Assembly (NCBI GenBank): GCA_951406725.2 | Contig: OX597828.1 | Coordinates: 8,804,001 to 8,868,000 of the forward strand | Length of the DNA: 64,000 nt | Direction: 5' to 3' | From: Octopus vulgaris | Taxonomy: Eukaryota | Part shown: piece by piece, positions 1 to 12,630 of the stretch | How the letters are laid out: the number at the start of each line of letters is the position of its first letter | How positions within the stretch are numbered: the stretch's first letter is position 1 | Made by a program: the position numbers and the translations under genes | The notes under the pieces: model-generated | The model's database searches: none | What the model saw: the letters and a program-made list of their open reading frames with translations, nothing else | What the model was told of the DNA's origin: nothing

Positions 1-2717
1 CTTCATACACATGCAGGTATCTCTGTGTGTGGCAACATATGCTCCACGACTCAAAGTTGTGGTCACATTTTCTTAGAATCGAAGTAGGATTAGTATTCTA
101 AACATTCTAAAGGACCCACCCAATAAATATTATACCATACCTTTAATGCCCTAGCTCAGTTTTCTCAGTCCTTTGCCAAATCTCAGGTGACATCTACAGA
201 GATTGCTGGATGAAGAATTTTGGTGGCTTTGATTAAGATATATATTTCTGCAGATCATCTCTAGAAATCAGAGTTAACTGCAAACCAAATATGAACTCAA
301 GCAACTATGCCAAGCACTCGCTACACGAAATATCATTAACAACGTAATAGCTTTGTAAAATAAATTCTAGTTAGCTTTAAGAACAGTCTGAATGTTATCT
401 TCAGAAAGTCATTCAGGTTAAATTTTCACTGTGAAGTGCTACTGTCTCGATGTGATTTCAGCCTGAAATTTGTTCTAAAAACATTTCATATTCGTATCGT
501 GCGCAGGACAGAATTGGTTGTCAATAGGGATAATATAAAACGACGTCGTATAAAATTGCTTTATTAAGAAAAGGCATGTCATTCTTCTCAAACTATGGGC
601 TACAGCAAATCAAGTACAGTTGTAGACACAATTGCAAGGCCTGATAGTAAAAGGATATCCTTTTCGGTCAATGTTCTGTCCTAAACATTTACAACTTCAC
701 TTGAAGTTGCTGCTGTGAATTTGAAGAAGGACGATGTGCGTTACGGTTTCATAACTGGAATGTTCTAATCTGAAAATTCGTATGTAATCTCCAAGGAGAG
801 AGAGTATCAAACTTTTACTGTCCTGTCTTTGAAAAATATTCAACCAGAGCAGAAAATATTTTGTACAATCACTCAGCTTGTTTAATCGCAAAACGAGCTT
901 TAAGTGAATGAAAAGCCAAATAGTTGTACGTCTATTTTTCTAAACATTATTTACTTTTAATCTCTGTAATATTTTCCTGTCACACTCAAGAGGATACACA
1001 TAACATTGTTTTCAAAATTTTAAATACAATCTTCATTGTTTTAATGCTGTAATTAAAAATTATTGCTTTCACTCTATATTCATTACTGCGTCATTGCATG
1101 TTTGCAATTAAACATTTCGAGGCGAACACATGCTTGTTATAACAGGGATTTATAGCTGGTGTTTAGATCTGTAGAGATATGGAAAGTAGGTCTTTACAGA
1201 AATAAATCACGTCGAAACAACAAACATATTTCTTACCGATAATTAATTTATTGTAGTTATTTTCGAGCATGCACGAATGCTTCAAATCCAAATATTTTTG
1301 TAGGAAATATTGCACACGAACTCATGAAATCAGAAAGATTCACAAACGTTTGGAAAGACTCACAGATTTCATTCTTTGTCTGTCTTCGTTTATGTGTATC
1401 ATTGTGTTTGGTAGAGTTCGGAATATATGTTTGCTCTGATGTAATTGCGACGGGAACTAAATTTCAACAAATTGTTACGTTGGTCTTGCGTTCCAAAATT
1501 CTCTTTTCGTTTGACCTTGTATTAACAACAAAATACAGTACATGCAACAAAATTTGATAGAAATAAACAAAGAAAATCTATAGTAACTAAGCAAAGAACT
1601 ATGTGAAATTTAACAGCAATAACTCTCGGACATAATCATTGAATAACTTTCGAATTCGGCATTTTAACAGGCCGATCACTAGATCTAGCATAACCTATTT
1701 CGAGCTAACACAAAGTGCTATGAAACACGTTGTTAGCCGACATTATCAGGTTTCAATTGTTAATACAATAATGAGTTCAGGAACGCTAATGATGAAAATT
1801 GAAATTAAAATCCAAGTAAATATAAATAATCTAAATTACGATGCTCGAAATTATTCCTGCCTATAATTATTTCAACAAGAAGTTGTTTCCAAAAGTCTTG
1901 CATATTTTTATTGTTCCACTTACAGATTGTATTCGGAATGTGCGAGTTAGTTAAGTAATTTTTTTCTGAATATCGGGGATTATCCAAACAGCCATTTAGG
2001 TATTTATTCACAAAAGCAAACTCACCAATAATTATAAGTATAAACGCAAATTGGTGATCTGGATATAGAAGCTACTGGTTTTAAAGCAGCTGTCCATAGC
2101 TATCATGTTTCATTTTGATTTAGAAAGAGATAGGTACATAAGGAGGGCAGCTGACACCTGTGGTGGTACATATCTTTCTCAGCTATCCCATTCAATAATA
2201 TTCGATCTGTTATACTTAGAATTCAACAGAGCTTTTGATGGGAACATTCCACTAGTAGTCCTTGTGTTGATGTTTGTTTACATATTCAATAACAAGGAGA
2301 TTCTCAAACCTTATTCCAGGGCTGTCTTCTTTTTCCGAGTGGCATTGTAGATTGCTTTTGCCAGAACGCCGTGTCACATAAGTGGGTAGTAATTTGATGA
2401 CATTTTTGGACAGCAGCTAATCAAGAGTGTGATACCAATCATAGAAATGAGACATAATCTAACTTTTCAGTTGCATCTTGGAACAACAAGGATGTCACTA
2501 TCTTTTTTTTTAGTTAAAATGTATTTAGTAAGAATCTCCTGAGCTGAGATTGCAAATGTATACCCTTCAAAATGTGGTGTGATGTAGAGGTGACAAAGAG
2601 AAGCTTTGCTTATGCCAATATTACTTTCTTCAAGACTTCAGGAGTAATACCCTCGCATGGAAGATTTTTGGCATGCTGAGAGTTTCAAATTCTGGTCTTC
2701 TGTGAGGTATGCTTATA

Positions 2718-3958
2718 TTGGGTTGTCCGGAAAGTTCGTGCCGATTTATAGTGGCTTATATTTCGACTTATTTTAGAACATGGTTGAGTCCATAAAACAG
2801 GATTTGACTACACCTCCATTTAGAGCACAGTTTATGCTATCTTTTCGTGGAGTAAGGTTTATGTTCCTATAACCTGTGTCAATTCTGTAACCCTTTAAAA
2901 TGAAAGATAAGAAATTTCATTTTCGGCACTTGGTGCTTTTCTTTTTCTGTAAAAGGAGAAATGCCTCAGAAGCAACCAGAGAAATATGCGCAGTTTATGG
3001 TGATGTTTCTTTATCTGAAAGAACTGTACGGAAGAGGTTCGCAAGGTTCAGAGCTGGAGTTTGTAGCCTTATTGATAAAGAGCGATCAGGCAGACCATCC
3101 ACTACTGATGATGACCAAATCAAATCATTAACTGAGAATAATCCACATTGCAAAACCCGAGAATTGGCAGTAAGCCACACCCTAGAAAATCCGTCGTTCA
3201 TGAGCACCTGGTAAAGCTTGGATACACAAATCGCTACGACGTTTGTGTGCCACATGAGTTGAGTGAGAAGATCGCATTTCCATCTGTGATTCGCTTTATA
3301 AACGAAATGAAAACGCGCCTTTTTTAAAGCAAATTGTGACAGGTGATGAGAAATGGACTATCTACCCAAATGCCGAGAAAGCGATCCTGGAGTAAGCGAC
3401 ATGAGCCACCATTAAAAAGTCTTCCTTTATGTCTGGTGGGATCGGAAAGAAATTCTGTACTATGAGCTTCTCCCAAGTAACCAGACAATTAATTCTGAGA
3501 AATACTGCACACAACTGGACGAGTGAAAAGCAGCAATTCAAGAGAAACGTACAGGATTGGCCAACAGGAAGGTCGTTCTTTTCCAACATGATAATGCAAG
3601 ACCGCACGTTTCTTTGGGAACAAGACAAAAATTGCTGCAGCTCAGCTGGGATGTGATACCCCACCCTCCATATTCACCAGATATTGCTCCTTCGAATTTC
3701 CACTTATTCAGGTCTCTGCAGAATAGTCTTAATGGTAAAATGTCAATTACTTGGATGAGGTATAAAAGATACCTTGATGAATTCTTTGCCATGAAACTAC
3801 CTTAATTCTGGGAAGAGGGTATTTTCAAGTTAAAGGAAAGATGGAGACGCATTATGCAACAAAATGGTTCATATTTGGTTGACTAAAAATGTAATGGCAA
3901 GTATTTATTAACCTTTTTCTGTCCTTTAAAAATCGGCATGAACTTTCCGGACAGCCCA
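2718..3958 (+). mobile_element. Full-length decayed mariner (Tc1/mariner, DD34D) DNA transposon, probably mellifera subfamily
   Basis: TIRs TTGGGTTGTCCGGAAAGTTCGTGCCGATTT (from 2718) and AAATCGGCATGAACTTTCCGGACAGCCCA (to 3958), TA on both sides, about 1.24 kb, with a transposase pseudogene inside. Confidence 0.95.
2900..3886 (+). pseudogene. Mariner transposase pseudogene (frameshifts and stops)
   Basis: ORF pieces MKDKKFHFRHLVLFFF...ICAVYG...RSGRP (HTH), CVPHELSE (WVPHEL motif), IVTGDEKW, HDNARPH and YSPDIAPSNFHLF (third catalytic Asp replaced by Asn). Confidence 0.93.
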
Positions 3959-3966
3959 TACAAACA

Positions 3967-3992
3967 TCTATCTATTTATCTATCTATCTATT

Positions 3993-4051
<59 letters not shown>

Positions 4052-4093
4052 GATCGATCGATCTATCTGTCTTCCTCTCTCTCCCTCTTTCCT

Positions 4094-4127
<34 letters not shown>

Positions 4128-4232
4128 CACACATATTATATATATATACACACATATCTATACAGATAAATACGAATATATACATACACATACGCACACA
4201 CACATACATACATACATACATACATACATACA

Positions 4233-4262
<30 letters not shown>
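3967..4262. repeat. Compound microsatellite (TATC)n-(CT)n-(TA)n-(TACA)n
   Basis: Directly visible; abuts the right mariner TIR. Confidence 0.95.
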
Positions 4263-4263
<1 letters not shown>

Positions 4264-4623
4264 TAGGAAATCCTCCTGAAGCAATCACTTTTGAGCGTGC
4301 TCAACAAACGAATGTTTTGAACTAACTATATTGACAAATTAAATTGAAAATAGTTATAGGCATAAATATATCGAAACAGAACAAATATTTCTTCAAACTA
4401 GTATACTTCCTAAAAGTACACAGAGAATTTCCATAGTATGCATTATTTATTTTATTTTATTTAAGCTATTCGTATTTTGATGGATTGAAAATGCTCAAGA
4501 AAGTTTCGAAGTATCAAAATTTCCTGAAACTTCAAGCAGTTCAGTGTCTGCGAGGAGCAGCCTTAATACGCATTAATATAATGGAAGTTTTATTTAGAGA
4601 TTATTACGTATATTGATTACATA

Positions 4624-4827
4624 TTTTGGTCCAAGGCCAGAAATTTCGGGAGAGGGTGTAATTCGATTAAACCGACCCCAATATTTAAAAGGTACTTATT
4701 TTATTAACCCCAAAAAGATGAAAGTCAAAACTGAATACGGCGGAATTTGAACTCAGAGCGAAAAGACAGCAAAAAACTGCTAAGCCTTTTGGCAGGCGTT
4801 CTAACGATTCTCCCAGTTTGCTCTCTT
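4624..4827 (-). mobile_element. Diverged copy of tRNA-derived SINE family A
   Basis: Contains the reverse B-box GGAATTTGAACTC and GGTACTTATTTTATT..ACCCC..GATGAAAG core shared with 18792-19023. Confidence 0.75.
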
Positions 4828-4919
4828 CGAGCTAGCTACATATATCATTGCAAGTCAGTATTAAGCATGATATAATATATTTATAAAATGGTAAATTAGT
4901 AGTGGAATCTACCAAAACA

Positions 4920-5460
4920 GTGCAGGAAATACTCAGAGCTATTACACGCACTTCTAACTGCAACCCATTGTCGGAAAACCTTCAGGATCATCAGTAGTCA
5001 TTTTAATCTCCCAAGAGGTTCGACCCTTACCTCTTCAGTGGGAGATTCCAATTAGTCCTCTCTTGGAGAAAGGTTCCACTTTGTGCCCTTATTAACAATA
5101 GCCACATTGGGGCAGATTCTGTCATTATGCCCATTTACTTCTTGGCATTCTTCAGATATTTGGGCTCCCAAAACATATGCTGCTATATCTAACAGGATCT
5201 AACAGGAAATCTGCTGCAACTGGCTTCATTAGGGAGTGAGGCGACGTACCATATTTTGACAAGTCCCCATCGACTAGCTCCTGATATTTGTTATTATTTT
5301 GTGAAAGCAAATTATTAATTTTTTCCTCCCTGTGAATTGTACGTTCAACCACAATAGATATGTTTGCAGTTTTGGATATCTGGAACATCTCTGTTTGCAG
5401 TGATGTTACAGGTATCTCTTGCTAAGAAGACGATTCTGTTCTTTAGATTCATCTTGCAAC
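4920..5460 (-). mobile_element. Degraded 3' fragment of an RLE-type non-LTR retrotransposon, HERO-like
   Basis: Minus translation EIPVTSLQTEMFQISKTANISIVVERTIHREEKINN...NKYQELV...KPVAAD parallels the HERO-clade nuclease pattern (T.LRPDIV...VELTVPWEE...K..KY..L...PVEVG); catalytic residues decayed. Confidence 0.55.
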
Positions 5461-5909
5461 ATTCGGTTTGAGGCTGGATGAAATATGGAAAACGGGAATC
5501 CTGTTGTTTCGGCAAGAAAGAAATATATCATTCTCAAGAATTCATAGGGAATAGGATTCTGAATAACTAATCTAAGATAGCTCCCTTAAAATATTTTCTG
5601 ATTTTCATAAACTTTGTAGAAACTGAAGAAAAATGTCTTTGTCATAACCTTTTAAAAATCTGCTAACTCGGATTATAGTACATAGTGTATTTCGAAGAAT
5701 GTCTTAACTGCAGCTCAAAATGAAGCTGTGGTTATTATACTTGATGTAGTGTAATATGGTATTTAAACATACAAACTCTGAATTTCTATGAATTTTTGCT
5801 AAAGCGTTATTAATGCGAGCGGTGTTTGCCAAAGCGCTTCCTGATGAAGACATGTTTTGCACACAAAGAAGATAGAAGAGGACGGGGACGAGGAGGAAAA
5901 GAAGAGGAA

Positions 5910-5973
5910 GTAGTAATAGTATAAGTAGTAGTGTTGGTGGTGGTGGAAGTGGTGTTGGTGGCGTTGGTGGTAA

Positions 5974-6029
<56 letters not shown>

Positions 6030-6074
6030 TTACTACTACTAGTAGTAGTAGTAGTAGTTGCAGCAGCAGTAGCA
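5910..6074. repeat. Compound trinucleotide tract (TAG/TGG)n-(TAC)n-(TAG)n-(CAG)n
   Basis: Directly visible. Confidence 0.9.
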
Positions 6075-6830
6075 TACTAAAAGAAAAACAACTTACAATC
6101 ATAATACACACATACATGTATATACATATACATATACATACATGTGTTATTGGGATATATTGAAGCTTCCAGTTATCTATCGATACCTTTCTACATAATA
6201 TTGTGCACTAAATACTCCGGTTAACTTGCGCTGTCGTAGACACCTTTCTTGGAATGTATTCCTTCGTATACTTTAAAGAATGATATCTCCAGTGATCTGA
6301 TAGAAACACTCGATGTGTTTGTTCATACTGCTGGAAAGATATTACTGCAATTAAATACCGAGGATGTACATTTTTCCGAATCTACATCGAAACTTGACAC
6401 TCCACGACATTATTGTCATGTGTATATTTAATCCGGAAGAATTCAGGTCGTTATTTATTTAATTCCGGGTGACGAAGCTCCTGGCCATAGATTTTACTAA
6501 GCTTTCTAGTTTCTAACACGTGTGACGTGTGCCAATAAAATATGTATAGTTTATGTATGTGCGCTTATTAGAACCTGTGTGAGTATATTTTTGTATTTAA
6601 TCATGTACACATATGCCTGCGTATAAATTCACATATGCATGTATGTAGGTTCAAACACATACACACAGAAACACACAGATACATTTATGTATACATACGT
6701 ATATTTACGAATATTTATAAACCTCACTCACTCTCTTCCTGCCCTGTTTTCTCTATATATTTTTATTTACATATGTATATATATGTGTGTGTGAGTGTAA
6801 GTGTGTGTGTGTGTGTGTGTGAGTGTATAT

Positions 6831-6878
<48 letters not shown>

Positions 6879-7199
6879 GTATGCATATATTTGCAAATAT
6901 ATATTTATATAAATATATGTGTGGATATATACGCTCGTATAGATACGTATGCATGTATATATATTTATGTATGTATGTATGTATGCATGTATGCATGTAT
7001 GTACGTCTGTATATACAAGCGAGCGCTTGTGAGAGAGTTTATATAATTAGGATTACGTGTAGAAACCAGTAGAATCATGATTTTTAAAGATTATTCTTTT
7101 TAAAAATAAATCATAATGATGGTATGGTGGTGGGTTGAAGAAAGTAAGAAGGAAATAGATTAGATGATTAAGTCAACGAGTGAAAACTGATATATTCTT

Positions 7200-7420
7200 A
7201 TGAAATTTGCCTTGAGGATGTTTGTCTGTTGTGATTAGAGATATATTCGGAGTGAGTCGGCCTACAGTTTAAAAATATAGCGAAAGAAACAACCCCCATT
7301 TCCACCGTCTCCCAACTCTTCCTCTGAATGCAATAACACGGACAGATGACAGAGACTAAGTTGCTTGTTGAGAAAAACGAAGAAGTTCCCAGACGACTGT
7401 GGGAAGTATACACTCGGATT
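7200..7420 (+). pseudogene. Possible fossil Tc1-like transposase N-terminal HTH
   Basis: Broken translation IRDIFGVSRPTV*K ... ITRTDDR resembles Tc1 HTH/linker patterns; heavily decayed, no TIRs found. Confidence 0.25.
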
Positions 7421-7844
7421 CAAGCGGCAGAATCTTTGCTGGAGGCAACAGATTTTGCTGACATCCAAATATCATGTAACGGTGATTTCTTTCGAAAAAC
7501 TTCAACGATTAACCATAATCCTTGAGATTCAGATTAAATGAAGTGCTTGTATTCAATGTTTTTAAGATGTCTTGGTTTCGACAGTGATATAATGATGGTT
7601 TCTCTTAGCAGTTTGTGCATGTATATGTCTGTATGTATGCGTGGGTTTGTGCGTGTGTGTTTATCTGCACATGTAGGAATATGCGGTGTTTGCATTTACA
7701 TATATATGCGTGTGTACCATTCTTTTTTTTTTGTTTTTGTTTTTAGATATTTTTGTGCGTATGAAAGAATAATTCCAATTTTAATTATATTTTATAATTA
7801 TCATTATTGTTATTCTGAAATATATTATTCTTAGCATTTGATAT

Positions 7845-7853
7845 TACTACTAT

Positions 7854-7907
<54 letters not shown>

Positions 7908-7908
7908 A

Positions 7909-7941
<33 letters not shown>

Positions 7942-7969
7942 ACTACAACTACTACTACCACTTCTTCTT

Positions 7970-8000
<31 letters not shown>

Positions 8001-8075
8001 GGCGGTGGTTTTGGTCATCGTCGTCGTCATCTTCCAGGCATGTGAAGAGTACCAATGATGATGATGATGATGGTG
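7845..8075. repeat. Compound (TAC)n-(TGC)n-(TCG)n-(GAT)n microsatellite
   Basis: Directly visible; source of the poly-L/poly-V/poly-S ORFs. Confidence 0.95.
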
Positions 8076-8449
8076 ATTGCAAGAGCAATAATAGTTATTA
8101 TTATTTTCAATATACTTTGCTATCATTATCATCGTTGTCGTTAATAGTATTATTATAGAAGCAAGGGGAATGCCGAGTGCTATTTCAACTATGTCAAATT
8201 ACGTTGTTGAAAATTTTCAAGTATTTCTACCTTAATATTGCCAGCATTAGCAACTACATTATTAATAAAAGCATCTGTCTGTTCTACTTTCTGTATTTAT
8301 ATACGTAGACATATCAATGGTTACTTCTCTGTCTTTTAAACTGTCTCTTAATCTATTTATCTGTCTACCTATCACTCAATGTATCTACATATCTATCTTG
8401 TTATATCTTGTCATCACTCTCCTGTTCTACATAATTCTACATAATTATT

Positions 8450-8738
8450 GCCTACTGAAGTCTGTTTGCAATCAGAGACTATACTATGATATTGGGACAA
8501 GGTGTCGTTCATTAGGGTCAATCATGAAAATCAGAAGGAGCAAATTGACATACTTAGAAAGCAATTATTCCTGGATTTCCACGTGTGTATCTACGTACCC
8601 GGTTTCACTCGCTGGCATGAGTACACACATTTACACACATTTACTCTCTACACAAACAAATCCATATCTCCCTGTCCCCCTATATGGCCATGCTATTGCT
8701 TTCTGAGTCAATAAAAATTGAATTGAAATTGAATTGAA
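8450..8738 (+). mobile_element. Possible 3' end of an L2/Crack-like LINE
   Basis: Ends AATAAAAA followed by (TTGAA)n-like tail TTGAATTGAAATTGAATTGAA; no clear coding motif. Confidence 0.3.
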
Positions 8739-9143
8739 TCCATACACAAATGCATCTAAACTTCACTCAACATCGTATCTTTTTGATACATTTACTTATT
8801 CACGCCACATGCACACACACAAACACATACACGCACTACACACCCAAACACACACATACATTTCCACTCTAATATATATATATATATATATAATATATTT
8901 ATATTTTTAGATGTCTTACTTTGAAAAATTGCATTCGGTGGGATTAGTAAAATTTTTGGTAGAAATGACTAATTGTCCCTCTTAGCGTGTGGCATGTATG
9001 TATAATAATGCCCTCTATATATAAATTAATATGTTCAATAAGAAAGAATTATTTTCGAAATTTTTTCTCTTATGAGGTCTTTCACGCTATCTACCTGATA
9101 ATTTCTTGTTAAGTTTTCCTTATTAAGAAGTTGTCCTCAATTG

Positions 9144-9208
<65 letters not shown>

Positions 9209-10647
9209 TATATATATATACAACCTCTACTCTTCACTTATACTCGCATATATTCGCATATTAAATCACTAATATATTTGCATGAACAGAAACAACTTCA
9301 CATACCTGCACTTCGCACACATCGATTCTCTCACGCATACATACGTACACACACACACACACACAGAGACTCGCGCACACACATATACACACGCACACAC
9401 ACTCAAACAGGTACACACACTCGTTCACAAATTCATTCTTCAAAGCTCGGCACTCCTATTTTGCTAAGTAGATTTGAATTTGACCACTTCTCCGCCACCG
9501 TTGACCTCTCAGCTCTACAAGAACCTATTCAATCTTTTGTGTGCTCACATTACACCACCCCCAACAATAGCCCTTCAAAATACCCCACTTCATTTTCATC
9601 TCCCCTCCCTTTCTCACAAAAGGTAATGACTTTATTAATTTTACTACATCCGATATTTTAAACTACATGTGATCAATTAAAATTTGTTTGTAAGTTATGT
9701 GGTTTAATATACAGCAATATGTATCGTTGATTAATATTAACTTTACAGAATGCAGTGGGTATAAACTGGTTTCTAATCAGACCTTAACAATGAACTCAAA
9801 TGATTGCTAACTAGTGTACGTCGATCCACGTTTGGAATTATTTAAGACAGAATAGAGCAAAATGATTTGCAGTCTTCCACCTCTAACCCATTTGTTATGC
9901 AATGGAATGTTTATAAATATTTCATCTAAATTTCCAAGAAAGACACACACGCAATGGTACTATTGTATAGCATATACACATTCAAACGCAACTAAGCTTG
10001 TGAATTTAAGTGACATCCATACGCATTACATTTGAGCAATTTTACATACGCGTTATGTTTTTCATCTCTGCACATATAGAAGGGACGTCTTAACTCAATC
10101 AGTTGAGTATTCTCAACATCTTAGTGACTAGCTTTAATTCTTCGAAGGTGAAACCTTAGATGCATATCGAAAAAAGGAAAAAAAATGCCCAATACATATA
10201 TACATAAATTCGCACATTCATTCGAACATGCTTGCGTACATATGTACTTGAATACGTTGATTAATTCATTGATTCATATATGCAGGTATGCATGCATACA
10301 TACATAATAAGTAAAACTTTTCTCAAGTTCCAAATGTGAATATTTCTATGTTAACTACACCCCAAAGATGGAGCCTTGTATCTTTGTTGGAAACCGACTC
10401 CCTCCCCAGTGGAAGATCTATAATAATTAAAAACTAGAAGAGACATACATACATATATACATATATACATACATACATACATACATACATACATACATAC
10501 ATACATACATACCGTCCTTTTTTTTTTGTACCGTCTATCTGGATGATTTGTTGTTCCTTTTTGTATCACCTCGCTGTCCGGATGTTTTGCATTCTTGTCT
10601 TATTTTGCATTTTATACATACATACATACATACATACATACATACAT

Positions 10648-11140
10648 TCATGGTGGCTGCCCCCTCGTTATCGAGTATGGCCATTGCACGAAGTTTAATC
10701 AATGTTGTTATCGTGCAATGCCTATGCAAGAAGATGTTTTTTAAAGTGAGGAAAGGCTGTGCACTGAATCAATCCCACTCACTAAGCAACAGCAGACATA
10801 ATCCGAAAAGAAGAACAAGTCAACATAATCGGTAACCACTGAGCCGTAGGTTTTATGTCGGAGTTATCCCAGTTACCTGAGCTACCTTGTCCTAGAAGGA
10901 TACCCTAACAAAGGCTAGGAGTCCTTCACTCCCAATGGTTTAACCGCGTGATCGGGTATTCACTCCGATTATTTCTATGTCTCCGCGCATGATACAACCT
11001 TAAGACATTTATTGGATGGCCGTTGACTCTCAAGAGTTCCTCCGCCCGTTGACGGGTTTTGTTTTTCTACCCGCAGGGTGTCCAATAAATACCCTCCTCA
11101 CCAAGCAAGCTTGTTGGGGTTGCCGGTTTAGTCACCGACA
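10648..11140 (-). mobile_element. Non-autonomous RTE-derived short element
   Basis: 3' terminus (plus strand GGCTGCCCCCTCGTTATCGAGTATGGCCATTGCACGAAG) nearly identical to the end of the RTE LINE at 56363-56410; non-coding body; (TACA)n on both sides. Confidence 0.7.
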
Positions 11141-12079
11141 CATACATACATACATACATAAATACATCTATACATAGATACATACATACATACATAGATA
11201 CATACATACATACATACATACATACATACATACATACATACATACATACATACATACATACATACAAGTGAAAAGTTTGTAATCTTAGGCATTTCAGGCG
11301 GGGAAATAGATCCTATATCACGCATTTGGTGCATATATACTCTGTATGCGGAACAATGAAAATATGTGAGGCATTTCCAAATTTCAACTGGCAACAATTA
11401 TCCAGATTTTCATCTACATTTCACCGATGGAGCTTGTGCTGCAATGTTAGAAGCCAGAAATCAGCTCCTCTCTTTTAGCGAGAATTCTAATGAAGAGAGA
11501 GAAAATAAATACATACATAATTATGTGCATTCATATACACATGTGAGGAGTGTTTCGAATGCTGAAAACCTTATTACAACCCCCTGTTCAGTGAAAATGG
11601 TCTTCTTGCTGCAAAAGTCAATAACCAAGGCGCCTGTGATGCGGATTTGCTTCGGCGACTGCGAGATCATTTAGATAGAACAAGCTTAGAAGTTTTAAAA
11701 TTTGGCGTACTACTTCTTTACAACACTGCACATGACTCATGCATTTGCCGTTAGTGAATGTAGCTTTGATGACTTACCTCTACAACATTATTCACAATGC
11801 TCCCTTTGATTTTCACCTGTTATTCGATTTGAAGAACCATTTGAAGAGCAGCAAATTCTCATGTGGTGAAAAACTGCAGTTGGATACTGAAAAAAGATTT
11901 CCTACGTAGGAGTGACTGTTCTTCTTAAATAGCATTGAATATATGTTGAAGCGATATGCGAATTGTATTGAAGAGAACAGGGCATCGTTGAAAAATAGAA
12001 GCAAAATACAATGAATATAGTATTTACTGTCTTCGTGTAATTAAGTATCTTGGGTAAAACCCTTCGTGTCACTAATTTA

Positions 12080-12105
12080 TGTGTGTGTATGTGTGTGCAT
12101 GTATG

Positions 12106-12144
<39 letters not shown>

Positions 12145-12149
12145 GTGCG

Positions 12150-12228
<79 letters not shown>
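12080..12228. repeat. (TG)n microsatellite
   Basis: Directly visible. Confidence 0.97.
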
Positions 12229-12231
<3 letters not shown>

Positions 12232-12371
12232 GTTCCCTTTCATTTTATTTGCATGTAATTTACTTTAGCTATATTAAAGGCTAAATATATAAGGACCTAC
12301 ATTAAGATGTTCATTTGAATACATATTAGTAGACACATAAGTATCTATTTCCTAGTATGTATTCCTTATCT

Positions 12372-12630
12372 GGTGGAGGAGCGTGGCTTAGTGGTTAGGG
12401 TGTTAGGATCATGATCGTAAGATTGTGGTTTCGATTCCTGCACCGGGTGACACGTTGTGTTCTTGAGCAAAACAATTCATTTCATGTTGCTCCAGTCCAC
12501 TCAGCTAGCAAAAGTGAGTAACGCTGCGATGGACTGGTGTCCTCTCCAGCTGGGGAACACATACGCCATAGAAACCGGGAAACCGGGCCTATGAACCTGG
12601 CTAGGCTTTAAAAGGGCGCATTTATTTTTT
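12372..12630 (+). mobile_element. tRNA-derived SINE family B (CORE/V-like body), full length
   Basis: A-box TGGCTTAGTGG, B-box GTTTCGATTCC, CORE-like GTGTTCTTGAGCAAAAC; flanked by a 12-bp TSD TATTCCTTATCT/TATTCCTCATCT; second copy at 32586-32846. Confidence 0.88.

Noticed and set aside
1-2700. Short ORFs and moderately complex sequence that might be exons or an old transposase
   Set aside because: No recognisable motif or consistent splice-bounded frame could be supported by eye.
12372-12450. tRNA-like sequences here and at the other SINE heads
   Set aside because: A/B boxes are present but there is no complete cloverleaf or acceptor stem, and each continues into a SINE body.
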